A stretch of 64,000 bases of DNA, from contig OZ316893.1 of the NCBI GenBank assembly GCA_973895155.1, positions 10,669,660-10,733,659 on the forward strand. Direction: 5' to 3'. The position numbers were made by a program, and so were the translations under genes. The notes below the pieces were generated by a model. That model was not told the DNA's origin, did no database searches, and saw only the letters and a list, made by a program, of their open reading frames with translations. The stretch comes from Marsupella aquatica (lineage: Eukaryota; Plantae; Marchantiophyta). Shown piece by piece: positions 26,900-38,685 of the stretch (the first letter of the stretch is position 1; the number at the start of each line of letters is the position of its first letter).

Positions 26900-27320
26900 G
26901 TTACCGAACTATAAACCTGAATGAAAACATGCAACCAAGATCCCAGGGAGATTTACGGTATCGTTTATTACCCAAAAATGACCCTGAAAGAAAGGTGCAA
27001 CAAGTTCAGGGAGATTCACTGGATCCGTTGTTACCCCACAATGAACCTGAATGAAAAGGTGCAACAAATTCAGGGAGATTTAGTGTATTTTGTGTTGCTC
27101 CACAATGAACCTGAATGAAATGGTGCAACCAAGACTTCAGGGAGATTTACTGTATCCATTGTTGCCCCACAATGAACCTGAATAAATGGTGCAACAAATT
27201 GAGGGAGACTCACTGTATCCCTTTATTACCCAACAATGAAAACGTGCAGCAATTTCAGGGTAATTACTGTGTCCTTTGTTACACGACAGATGAACCTGAA
27301 TGAAAACGTGCAATAAAGGT
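26900..27320. repeat. Minisatellite, ~60-bp unit x~7; two related copies at 23148-23250
   Basis: atgaacctgaatgaaa.ggtgcaac.aa.ttcagggagatt.ac.gtatc..tgttaccc. Confidence 0.9.
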
Positions 27321-29401
27321 TTACGGAGATGTACCGTATCCTTTCTCGCCTCACAGCTAAGGGTTTTTCTTTGGGCAGCATTGTTAGCACTAACTGAGAT
27401 TTTGTGCAACGAGGGTTATTGTTTGTTGTTCACCACTCTATCAGCTTTGCGATTATCCAGTATTGCTACTTTGTGGGCAGACCTTCCCTTTTCCCTGTAG
27501 AGGTTTGCTGCGCACTTTTGTTCACTATAGGTTGCTCCCTTAATACAGTTTTCTGGTTAATTCATGTCATCTAAGATGCAGCGCACTTTTGTTCACTTAA
27601 TAAAGTTTTTCTGGTTAATTCATGTCATCAAAGAATAGTGTCAAAATGGTGCTATAGACAAGGATGAAATGTTCAAAATAACGTAATGAGAGCAAGGATT
27701 AGATGGAAAAGTTCAACGTCTCACATTGGCCTATGAATTTGCTACCTGATGTTGTCACTAGAAGCTGGAGGAGTTCAGATTGGAACAATTGTCTCGAGCA
27801 GTGCTGGGTGAGCATAGCCGTTCACTCGTCAGGCTGGCTTGCTCGGGTTCTTATGTTGTTGAGAGAGCCCTGTTCTTTCTCGAATAAATGACCAAGAGAC
27901 TCGGTCCTTCCTTTCCGTTTTCTACTACTTTCAAATTCCTTTGCAACCAGGGCGAAGTTCACCACGGAAAAGCAATTCGAATCTCTCTACCTCTGATTAC
28001 CTTTCTTGAATGCCATATGGGCCGATCCCCTTGCCGCACACTGTGCACTTGACTCGATTGGCCTTAAACGTAGGAGACAGATCTTTGTGTCCCCACCGTA
28101 CTAACCTGGTGGCATGGGACATGCTGCCAACGTATTTGAGGACTCCCTAATTTGCAAAGATTCGAACAAAGGACATTGATTGTGTGCTCTTCAATTGTCT
28201 TCGATCCGATACTCCCACTTTTTATGGGTTGTTAAGTTGTCCCAAAGTGGAAAGTGTGAGCGTTTGACCCAGTAAGTGGTTTGCTGTCAACTTATTGTGG
28301 ATGGTTCCTCACAACTTATTGTGCTGTGACAGCCCTTCAAACAGAACAAGAAGCACTCCGAGTCCCAACCGACAAGAACATGCCAACAACATAATTATGA
28401 CGTGTGATGTAGAAACGAGGAATGCATCAAAGTAACAACATCAAGAGGACGACAATCCACTAAAAGAGACGAGACAAACAACGCCCGTGTATATACCGAT
28501 CGAGCTTTCGGGTTAATGATCCAATAGCTCAATTTTATAGTGAGTGATCGTTAATTTAGACTCTGGATAACTTCACTCTATTGTCCATCGTAAGCCTGCA
28601 CATTCAACCTAGACATTGAAAGAGAACCTCACATTAGGGGAATATAGATAACAGTCTCACATAATTGTCAAGTATCGTCGTCCACCGTTCTGCACAGTTT
28701 ACACTCACAAAAAAGAGGAAATTCACGGCATCCTCTGTTATACCTCACAGAGACTTTCCCAACCGACAGACTACTCTTAGCTAATTCCCTTGTTTCAGGT
28801 ACATCAAACAAGGGATCCATCAAACAAGGGATCCAGTGGAACGGACTCTTAGCTAATATCCTTGTTTAAGGTACATCAAACAAGGGATCCAGTGGAACGG
28901 TTTGCAGGGAGGAAACTTCATACCAAGTTCAGTGCCATCAGTTCAGTGAGAATCTCACACCAACTGGCTTTTCACATCAGCGAGACCATGAGAACAAGTC
29001 CAAAGAGTGGCAGCAGGGAAATTTTCCAATGCGGGGAGTCTTCAAGTGAAGCTTAACGGCGCAGGATCGTCTGCAATGAGTCTCCCTTATTGACAGAATG
29101 TTTGTGTTCGATTACACGTGCTTCCTCTTTGCGAAGTAGCCAACATCTTTTGGCTTCCCGTAAATTGCATTTTCGATCCTGGAATAATGTTTCTAGACGA
29201 ATTATGAAATACTCCTAGTCAACCGCACGGATGGTCTAGATCCACCATTTCGTGCGCATGGCTGAAACCTACTCTCATCTATGTAATGTCTACTGTACAG
29301 ACACTCCTACAATCTCAAAAAGAGGGCTCCCGAGATGCCCTGCCGAGGATTCAATTTCTACGTTTTGAGCGAAGCTACTACATACGTATATGAATGTCTG
29401 C

Positions 29402-30172
29402 TTAAGCGTAGGCTCCGGTGGCATTCACGTAAGCAGCAAATCCCATGAACAGCTTGCTCATTCCTTCCTTGGCTTGAGCGATGGCGGCGTCATTTTCACC
29501 TTCGTACTCGACCGAGGCGTCCCACTTGCAGCTAGTATCGCTCACGGGCGTCAACTTCCAGGTGGGCACCCATTTGGTGAAGCCCTGCATGAGATGTCCT
29601 CCCTCAATTTCTTCGGTTGTGACCGTCAAGGTGGGGTGATCCAAAACTAGGAGCTTCTCCTTCACATAGGCGCCCGGTGGGGCAGCTGCACACACCCGAT
29701 CAGTAGAATGCAAGATTCAATTGGAGGTGGTCGATTTCGGGCAGGAAGAGAAATGCTGGATCCAGACTGCTATTCTCAATTCCATTCATAATTGACTCAA
29801 CAAGAACAGAAAGCGTTTCTCTAGATTTCGTCATAGGACTACCGAAACTGTTTGTGTAGAGTGCTTGGAGCTCACAACGATTACAACGTACAACAATCCA
29901 GTTAATGTACCACAGACAGACAATCTCCCTTCCCACTAGAGAAAAGACAGGACAAGAAGAGAGGAACAGAGGTAGGATTCAGCTGAAAACCCACCAGTGC
30001 CGAGCTTAATGAGGCGGACAGCACCGACTTCCTCATCCTTTCCGTCGACATGCTCCATGCTGGCGACGGCCTGAGGGGCGACCTTGGGAACGATGGCTGG
30101 CGCATCCTTCAATGCCTTCCAGATGCGGGGTGCAGAAGCTGGCAACTCGGCATCAATGGTGAAGGTCGGCAT
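29402..30172 (-). CDS. Bet v 1 / PR-10 family protein, copy 3; exons 30172-29995 and 29685-29402 (153 aa)
   Basis: Near-identical to copy 2; same splice sites. Confidence 0.88.
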
Positions 30173-32892
30173 TGTCGATTCGACGAATAAATCACACAAG
30201 CTTTGGAATTGAGATCCGAACAGCGACTGAGAAAACTCAAGAAGAGTGGATTGATTGTGAGAATGCGTTGCTTTGCTGCAGAAAGTGAGTGGGAGGGATT
30301 TATATGATTTTTCGAGAGGATCACTCTGTAGAGTGAGACTTTCAGCATAACCCAGGGGATTTGTGAAAAGTGCGTAATTATTACTCCGCCCTTGACATTT
30401 TGGGCTGATTGGTCCAGGTGGTCGACAAATTCGTGGAATTGAATCAATAATCAAAGGTCGGGCAGTGTAAACCAATCCGGAGTGATACCCTGGAGCAGTT
30501 TCAGAATTCTGAAATGAATTGAGTACTGTACAAGGCTTTTAGTATGATATTTTTAGTTGGAATCCATGCAGGCGAACATGACATGATGGCTTATAGAGGA
30601 AAATGTATTCATTATTAATGTACAAATATATACATAGCTTCCTTGTGTGGCCCACAGTTGCTGACTTTCTCTCGTTAGGTAGGAATTAAGCCACAACAGC
30701 TAATTCTAATTCAACAGCCACTATCTTTGGGTCACCAAAACGAAGAACAGAGTCCACAGAGAAACCACAGAATATAATCTGACAACAAAAACTACGGACA
30801 TCAATAATTGGTGCCAACAAAAAGCTCATTTTTGCCCCTACCTGGCCAGAGTCAAGGCCTAGATACTTCACTCTAAACCATATATTTAGGCTTCCCTTCA
30901 AGTGATATATTTCTGATCTCAATTACACTAGTGCCATGCAGCCCTGTGTGAAACATTTGCAAGGCCAGAATATTATTCTCCCTAGTTCATTTTCTAAAGT
31001 TGAAAAAAATTCTAACTGATGAAAAGTAAGTACAGGAAATCAAGATATCTACTGTAGAATTTTTGGCCAGTCCAATCAAAGTTTCCAATCATTGATTAGT
31101 ACTTACCTTAACCACTAACCAGGCACTAACAGCAATTGCACTAGGGTAAAGAAAAAATGAAGCATCCTCTGATGGAGGTAAGAGATGCTACTGTAATTTA
31201 GTGACTAAATTTGCAAAAGAGAGCTGCTTCCCAAACAAAAAGTGTGGTCCAAGGTGGAAGAGGGAAGCGGAATTGTGTGGATGACACTGACACCTGGAAA
31301 AGATTATGCATGCAACTGCCATATAATACATTGCAAAAGAACAGGATTTCAAAAACAATATTGAGGAGCAAACAAACGTAAGACCCTGAAGTCCCAAACA
31401 ATGGTTCCCCACAACTGCAATTTGAAACCCTACTGATGGGCAAACTGATAAAGCTCCCCCTAACAGGGAGGGACTATGGGAGGGTCACAAAAGAGGAATT
31501 GGTAAATTTCTGAGCTGGCCAAGCTCCAGGGTAGAAATATAGGAGTGGTCACGAAGAGTAACTTGACAGACAATCTTGTTTTGCAAAAGCCTCTTCGGAG
31601 TAGAGAACAGGGTGGTTCATCTCTTCCCTTTCAATGTTTTCTCCTCTCATGGGTCCACGTCAAGCATGATGACGTTTCACCTCGATATCCACGAACAGTG
31701 CCGCCATTGTTTCACCCGCACCTACAGATCCACATCATCCTTCCTTCACGGGTTCACACGGTGGTTGACGCGATGGAGCCACCAAACCTGAGTGATCATT
31801 GGCTGAACTATGTGCAAGCGGACATTAGTGAAGTCGACTGACTACCTGTAGACGTGGATTAAGCTTTTTGTTAGGCCACGGATCTCAGCTGTTAACCGGA
31901 GGTTTGAGAGGGGAAATGTACAACCTGAATTCTGAAGCTGTTGTGTAGTTGCACCTGTAAGTGTAAGTGCGAAAATTGAACGAAGCTTGTACAGGAATGG
32001 TATGGTGGTCGATTATCGTTATACGATGCTAGAGTCGGATTCTCACCAATAATGTCATGTTTTGGAGTCCACATGAATTTTGTCATGAGTGCATTTTTGG
32101 AAACAACCTTTTAATATAGACCCCCACTAGGGGTCCTTTGCAAACTTTGTGGCACAAGAGAGTGCCACATCAACAACAACCCCAACAAAGACTCCTAAGG
32201 TTTGTAAATCAAACTCACAGTTTTCACTTGTGTTTGCGTTAATTTGGGTGTAAATTTTGGGACGCCATGCTGTAAAAAGAAACATGTGAAAAATTAGAAA
32301 TGCAAAGAGCAAGACAGGTAAAAGTGTCACTATGTAACTGTTTCAGTAAGGTTTCTAATTTTAAACTTAAAATTCATTTTTTATAGTATTTCTTTCATAT
32401 AATAAACAATGACTAATAACTAACTTGCTAAGTCCCTTGTTAAAGGGTATTTGGCACCTGGAGTAAGATTTCCGGCCATTTGCAATTAAGGCAAACTGCT
32501 AGCTATGGTCTGAACTTGAACTCAATGAACTTATACAATTTGTTTGATAGACATTGATCTGGTTTCAAATGGATTTGCCACGGATTGAATTCTGACTCTC
32601 TTAGCTTGAGAATTTGGTTGCATGTAGCAAAAAGGCTTGATTTTGAAAACTGTTTGCGTAACCACGTCGTCAACTTTGGTCTACAAAGCAAAGTATTTGT
32701 GTGGCAGTTGAAGGAATGCAAACTGTAGAATCTATCATACTTGTCCAACACAACATGACTAACAACTTCCCTTTATAATTATCTGTGTTACCAGAACATT
32801 TTAGACCATAATAGCCTCTCACAACTTCAGCTAAAGCTAATATTTCATACATGATTTTTTCTCAAACAAAGCCTAAAAAATGTAGCCAGGGG

Positions 32893-33572
32893 TTCCACAA
32901 ACTAATTAACTTGTCCCCCAAACCAAAGGAATGTACTAAGGTGTCTCCCAAACAAGTTTATTTACTAACCTGACCCCATTTCCTATATGGGTTAATATTG
33001 TCTCATTAGGCATAACTCAACTCTGTCTGCATTGACATCCTTCTGCCTTGTGGCAAGGTGCCATTGGCTGCAGATTAAGCCATTGACTACCCCTCCCTAT
33101 GCTCTGCTGCAGGGGCAAAAATACTTCAAGAAACATCAATTTGCAAAGAAAATGACCTATAAAAGTTGTTTTGAGAGGGAAAACAAGTTTTTGCAAAAGA
33201 AACAAGGTTTTTTTATTGTTCTTCCTAGAAAAATTAAAACTACACCCATGTGAGTCAAAAGTACATGTTTGGGTCTCATGGTTTTTGCACTGCAACAGAG
33301 TTTGGCTGCACTTGTTGGCATGGAACTTTTGGCTGAAAACATGGGGAAGGCCAGGGGAGATAAGCAGGTTAAGCTCACCTCCAAGGGCATCTTGCCATGT
33401 GGCAATGAGAGGTTCTACACCAATGAGCACAAAGTTTGAGTCACATTTACTGAGGCAATACTAATCTATATACAAAATTGGGGTCAAGTTAGTAAATAAA
33501 TCTGTTTTGGGAGACACTCCTTACTAATTTCTGATAGTTTGGGGGACAGGTTAGTAAAAATAGATTTTGGAA
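32893..33572. mobile_element. Non-autonomous DNA element / MITE with long (~85 bp) imperfect TIRs (Mutator-like by TIR length)
   Basis: 32910-32980 (ttgtcccccaaac...gtctccccaaac...tttatttactaacctgacccca) is the reverse complement of 33479-33552; exact ends and TSD are unclear. Confidence 0.7.
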
Positions 33573-34868
33573 AATGTTCAGTCCTTTGAACACACATATG
33601 AACTAAAAGGGAATGTTCAAGCAGCCACCATAAATTCCATTCAACTCCTTTTTGCCGGATTCTTTTTCCATGGCTCCTTTAAAAGCTAACATTGCTACGC
33701 TGACCTCTGCTCATTTAATACAGCATTGCAGCCCTAACTTGACAATTTATTTTTCCAAAGAAAAATCCATACTTTCGCTAAGGTTCCCGAGCCTAACCCA
33801 ACTACTAATGGTTGTGTAAAACCTGGTTGCACTCAACTCTCCATACTAACTGTGTTTGGTACACACCCAACAATAAATCACAAACGCAAAATTTTCTACT
33901 CTAAGCCCCCTCTAAACAACTTTTGTAAACTTAAAAACTACTTCTAATGTGAGCTTACTACTACTCACATTTGTGACATTCCACACCCTCACCCTAATTA
34001 TGTCACGCTACCCTATGCTAATCTTTTACTGTCTTATCCTAGTAATGAAAAACACACATAACCCAAATCTTATAGACTTACTCAAATGAAAATAAAAACT
34101 AAGATTTATGGTAAAGAAAAGATAAGAAAATTAGAAGGGGAGGAAAAGGAACATCCTTTCCGTTTTGATTTTGAAATCTACAACTATAATAAGGGATTCC
34201 GCCTTTTTTTGTCCTTTGTCCTGACACAAAAAAGCTCCTGGGCAGGAAAGATCCATAGCCGTTGGATTCGGTTAGCTGTTTATCTTGACCATTGATGGAA
34301 TAAATGTGCACCCCTGGCGCATATATGTGCTTCCTGCTGCCCCATAAATGCCCCGGCCCAACTCCCTATGGGCTGGCCCTCCTTGCCCAGTGCAACACAC
34401 TGCCATAGGGCTCGTTTACTCATAAGTAGTCAATCAAAAGATATCCTCAATAAGTGTCTGCCCTATCCCCCAAGAAAAATTAAGAAATAAAAAATGCTTT
34501 TAGAAAGAAAATTGTCCCCGGCCCTTTCCCCCTCCCCCCTTCCCATGTCTTTTTCCATAGAGAATATAAATTCTAAAAATAAAATTAAAAACACTATCCT
34601 TGTCCTGTTTTATCCCTCCCCTTAAAGTGCCGGTAATACTCCAAGCAAGCCCACCCTGAAATGATGAAAATAATTACATATATTGATGCTTTATTCCTCC
34701 CCTTGAAGTACCTGTAATACTCCAACCAAGCCCACCCTAAAAGGAGGAAATAATTTCTTTCATGGTGAGTGCCCGGGCACCCTTCTCCCCAAAAACAAAA
34801 TTGGAAAAATGAGTAAATACTGTTTTCATGTCTTTTTGTTTCATTTGGTTGTACATTCCTCCCATGTC

Positions 34869-35250
34869 TGTTAGGTATTGCCTCTACTCTGTACTCGGCT
34901 AACTGCGGTTAGCATTAGCTCTAGCTAGTTAGACACTAGCACAGTTTGTGGAGTGGCTTACTCGAGTAGGCATGATACCTTACAGAGTTCCAGTGTGGAA
35001 CTCATTCTACCCAGTGAGGTCTTCGGTGAATGACCTAGAGAGGAGATACGCCTTAGAGCTCCATGGAGGAGGCTATGGTGGACCATGTATGATTTGATCA
35101 TTAGTGATTTCCTCAACGACAGTGGACGTAGCCCATCCAGGTGAACCGCTTATATGCTGTGTAGTCTCATGGTGAATGTGCATGAGTTGTTGGCGTGCGC
35201 ATTGTTGATGTGACTCTTGTGTTGATCCTGGACAAAGGTTTTTCCCAACA
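34869..35250 (+). repeat. Copia solo LTR related to the LTR at 36863-37210, in opposite orientation
   Basis: tgttaggtattgc...cccaaca; start resembles the reverse complement tgttagatattgctc; internal gtggacgtagcc...gtgaacc; no clear TSD. Confidence 0.65.
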
Positions 35251-36813
35251 TCTTGTGAGGTTGGTTGTCATGAACTATTTGAATACTGTTTATAATTGCT
35301 ATATAAAGTATATACCATGTGACAATACCTGCCCCTCCTTTTTTTTCATCTTGAAAGAAACACATACTGATGAGAAAAGTAAAATATATATCACAGTGCC
35401 CAAGGGTAAAAAGACGCTGAACCTGTAGTTTACTCCCCAAACACAAAGACTAGCTTGTTGTGGTGACATGAAAGAAATCATTTCCATCCCAATAAAACTA
35501 CCATCTTCCCCCAAACACAACACCATGGCCTTGTATTCAAATAGTGGGCCATGGGGCACTCTATTCATTCATATAGTGTGCCTGAAGCGTTGTATTCAAG
35601 TTTTGCCTATGTGTTCAAAAATGGGTGTTGTGTTTGAAAATTGGCATTTTCATGTGATTTCATGAATTTTTTACTGTTTGTCTTGAGTGTTTGCTACCAT
35701 CAATGTAGAACTCAAAGTGTGAGAGTATACTATAAGTTTCCAAGCAAAATGGGGGTAACCGCCAATACTCTTGCCATGAACAAGTGTGGCTGCAACCTAA
35801 TGTGGTTCAGCTTTATGGCTAATACATCCTTGATGTATTGAGCGCATACCCTTTATCTACACCCGTCACACCAAAGAAGAAACCAAGTAATTTGGATGAT
35901 GGCTTTCGGTCATGAACGAATGGTCATAACTTTCTCACAAGGTTATGTCAAAGGTTTTTTCTTTTTCTTTCCACTAGCCGCTACAGTGACTAATCGGATC
36001 ATTGGCAAAAAGTTATGGAGTATGAAATCAATTTGGTAGTCCTTATCTTTTTGTGTCCGTAACCCATAACTACTGAGCAAAGGTCAATCAAATTCTGACT
36101 TTGGGACTCAATATTGGGAGAATGATGTCAATGGAGTGCAAAAGAAAGCACACACATTACCTCTATCTAATGGGTAGAGTGTCTTCCACCCATTTGAGCC
36201 CATTACCTTTTGTTGATTACAATAGTCTGTGCAAGGACAGGGAGCCGACTCAGTGCTATGTGCTCCTTTTTTATTGCCTTGAAACCAGAAGCATACCTAT
36301 CCAACAGATGATAGTGGTTCTACTTTGGAGCATGTACCACTGAAGGGTAGCCCACAAGGCGGGACAATACCCAGGGATCCGTACCAGGAAGAAGAGAGGG
36401 TAGGACCTGAACCCCAAAACAATTGGCCAGAGGGTGTGGAGAAACCAGTATTCCCACCACTAGGGCGTGTCAAGTTTATGAGCTATTGTCACCTTGCGGG
36501 GGCCCGTGTTTCACTAGAACGCACCAAAACAGGGTACAACCCTGTCAGCAATTTTCTCGGATAATCAAATATGAATGGGGTCACGGCTTTGTCTACAAAC
36601 ATGTCCTGAACACTATGTTGTTACAAGCAGTCGGGTCTTCGTATCTGTTGCAATTCCTGGCCGTGACTGTTTGGGTGTCACATTTGGCCCGACCAGTGCT
36701 TACTGTTGCCCTGGCCTGCAACAGTCTAGGGCACACCAACACGACAATTTTTTGTGTATTTGAGACACCCTTCCACACCACACCACCCCACCACACACAT
36801 ACACAAACATACC

Positions 36814-36862
36814 CTCCACACCCCTTTGAGGGGTGTGGAGTGGGGATTGAACCTGGGACCTC
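36814..36862 (-). other. tRNA T-arm / Pol III B-box-like sequence plus perfect hairpin, cut off by the copia LTR (possible SINE head)
   Basis: Minus strand reads GAGGTCCCAGGTTCAATCCCC; 12-bp stem ctccacacccct-ttg-aggggtgtggag at 36814-36840. Confidence 0.4.
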
Positions 36863-37210
36863 TGTTGAGCATAGACGACATTCGCAACAGCAAGCCCATG
36901 AACCATCCAACGCACAATAGTCGACACAAAGAGATACGTGGTTCACCTCCACATGACGTTACGTCCACGGGAACACACAAGAGCTTTACTGCACTCTAGG
37001 CCGACCGGCCATACCTGCCAAGCATCCACAACACAAGTTCTCCCTATCTCTCAACTAGCTCCGTAATAATGAGCCTAAGTTCCACCAGGGTCTGGCATCA
37101 GCCCTGGCTATATGCACACCAGCACTACCGCTAACATTAGCTAAGTCCTAACCTGAGTTAGACTAACTGTGGTTAGCTCATGAGTCACAAGACTAGAGCA
37201 ATATCTAACA
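36863..37210 (-). repeat. Copia 3' LTR (348 bp)
   Basis: tgttgagc...ctaaca; adjacent aactccccct is the PPT on the minus strand; first 56 bp match 63793-63848 with 3 transitions. Confidence 0.92.
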
Positions 37211-37473
37211 AACTCCCCCTTGACTCTTGTCTTGGGGACTGGACTAAATGCTACCATATGGAATCCTCAGCGGGAAGTTCTAGACAATCACCAAACCAGG
37301 TCTCCCCCTAAAAACCACAAGGGTTAACTAAGGGTTAACTAGAACTAAGCCGTAGCCAAACAGGAATGAGTAATCCATATACAAATAGTCACATATTGCT
37401 AAATAACTCTACTTGTACTACAACTGCAAAACTTGCAAAGTAGCACGGTGTCTTGAGAAACTCTCTAAAGGAA

Positions 37474-38346
37474 TCACTTTGGTAAAGGGATCAGTAGCTT
37501 TCCATCAATCTTGACTAGCTCAAAAGTTTTATCAGACACTGCTTGCCTGATAAAATGGTACCTGATATCAATGTGCTTCACCCTGCTATCCATCACCTGG
37601 TTAGCAGCCAAGTGAAGAGCACTCCGACTATCACAATTTAGAGTCATTTTGCCATGCTCTAAACCCATCTTCGCGATCAACTTGTCCAACCAAATTGCTT
37701 CCTTTGTTGCTTCTGCTGCTGCAACATACTCTGCTTCTGTAGTAGACTGAGATATACACTTCTGCAAGGTAGATTTCCAACTGATACATCCTCCTCCAAG
37801 AGTAAATACAAACCCAGTTGTAAACCTTCTTGTATCCAGACAGCCTCCATAGTCAGAATCTACATAGCCAACTAACGTTCTATCTGATCTGTTATCAAAT
37901 AGTAATCCATAGTCCTATGTTCCCTTCAAATACCTGAGAATCCATTTCACAGCTTCCCAATGTACCTTCCCTGGATTTGACATGAATCTGCTAACCTTGC
38001 CCATCGCTAGGGCCAAGTCAGGCCTTGTACAATCCATCAATACATCAAACTGCCTACTATTCATTAAAACTGGAAAATTCTTTGATCTTTGGACATTTAG
38101 GCACCAAAAATATATATATTTGCTTCTCATAAGGAATCTTAGCCATCATACCTTTCTCCATAGCATCCGTAGGAGAGAAAGTCGATGATAACTTGAAGTG
38201 TGAAGCTAAAGGAATACTCACTGGCTTACAGTCCTCCATGTTGAATCGTGCAAGTACTTTCCTCGCATACTGGCCTTGACTCAAACACAACTGTCCAGTA
38301 TCAGAGTTCCTAAAAATCTCCATCCCTAAGATCCTCTTGGCCTTAT
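37474..38346 (-). pseudogene. Copia RT C-terminus and RNase H
   Basis: KAKRILGMEI, CTRPDLA..VSRFMSNPG..HWEAVKWILRYLKGT, STTEAEYVA, CDSRSALHLA, KHIDIRYHFIR. Confidence 0.95.
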
Positions 38347-38676
38347 TGTCACACCATTCTAGGTAGTGTTAGAGTGTATCGTACTATCTAGATCCGTATG
38401 TTTGGTATGTGTGCTATATGAGCCGATAAAGTTCCGTCAGGTTTGTGTCAGAGGGTACTTCTCACTTATGAGGCATTGAAAGGTCATCTTTCAATGTTGA
38501 TCCTTGGAGAGAGAGGAGCTTGAGTGGCTATGGTGGCCGTGAGCTCCGCTTGTGTAACATGGATTCCTTGAGTAGTGCAAGGTGCGTTGGCTTGACATAC
38601 GTGTGTGATCGGATCGGTGCGGGATCGATGGGGTATTGTTGACCGGGATCGTTGTGCCGATTGTATGGAGATTACA
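38347..38676 (+). repeat. Terminal repeat A1 (330 bp)
   Basis: Matches 58277-58605 with ~12 mismatches by eye; tgtcac...attaca. Confidence 0.95.
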
Positions 38677-38685
38677 TTGAAAGAT
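38674..38685 (+). promoter_or_regulatory. Candidate self-priming PBS
   Basis: acattgaaagat is the exact reverse complement of atctttcaatgt at 38486-38497 inside A1; no tRNA-type TGG PBS follows A1. Confidence 0.6.

Larger units (their letters stand above)
23140..30620. repeat. Tandem segmental duplication (~23140-26400 vs ~27000-30620, period ~4.3 kb) carrying PR-10 copies 2 and 3
   Basis: Colinear homology across downstream flank, 3' UTR, intron and promoter (e.g. 23487 vs 27797; 24640-24800 vs 28960-29120; 26270-26360 vs 30490-30590). Confidence 0.85.

Noticed and set aside
31430-32160. Possible TIR element
   Set aside because: Only patchy inverted similarity and no TSD.
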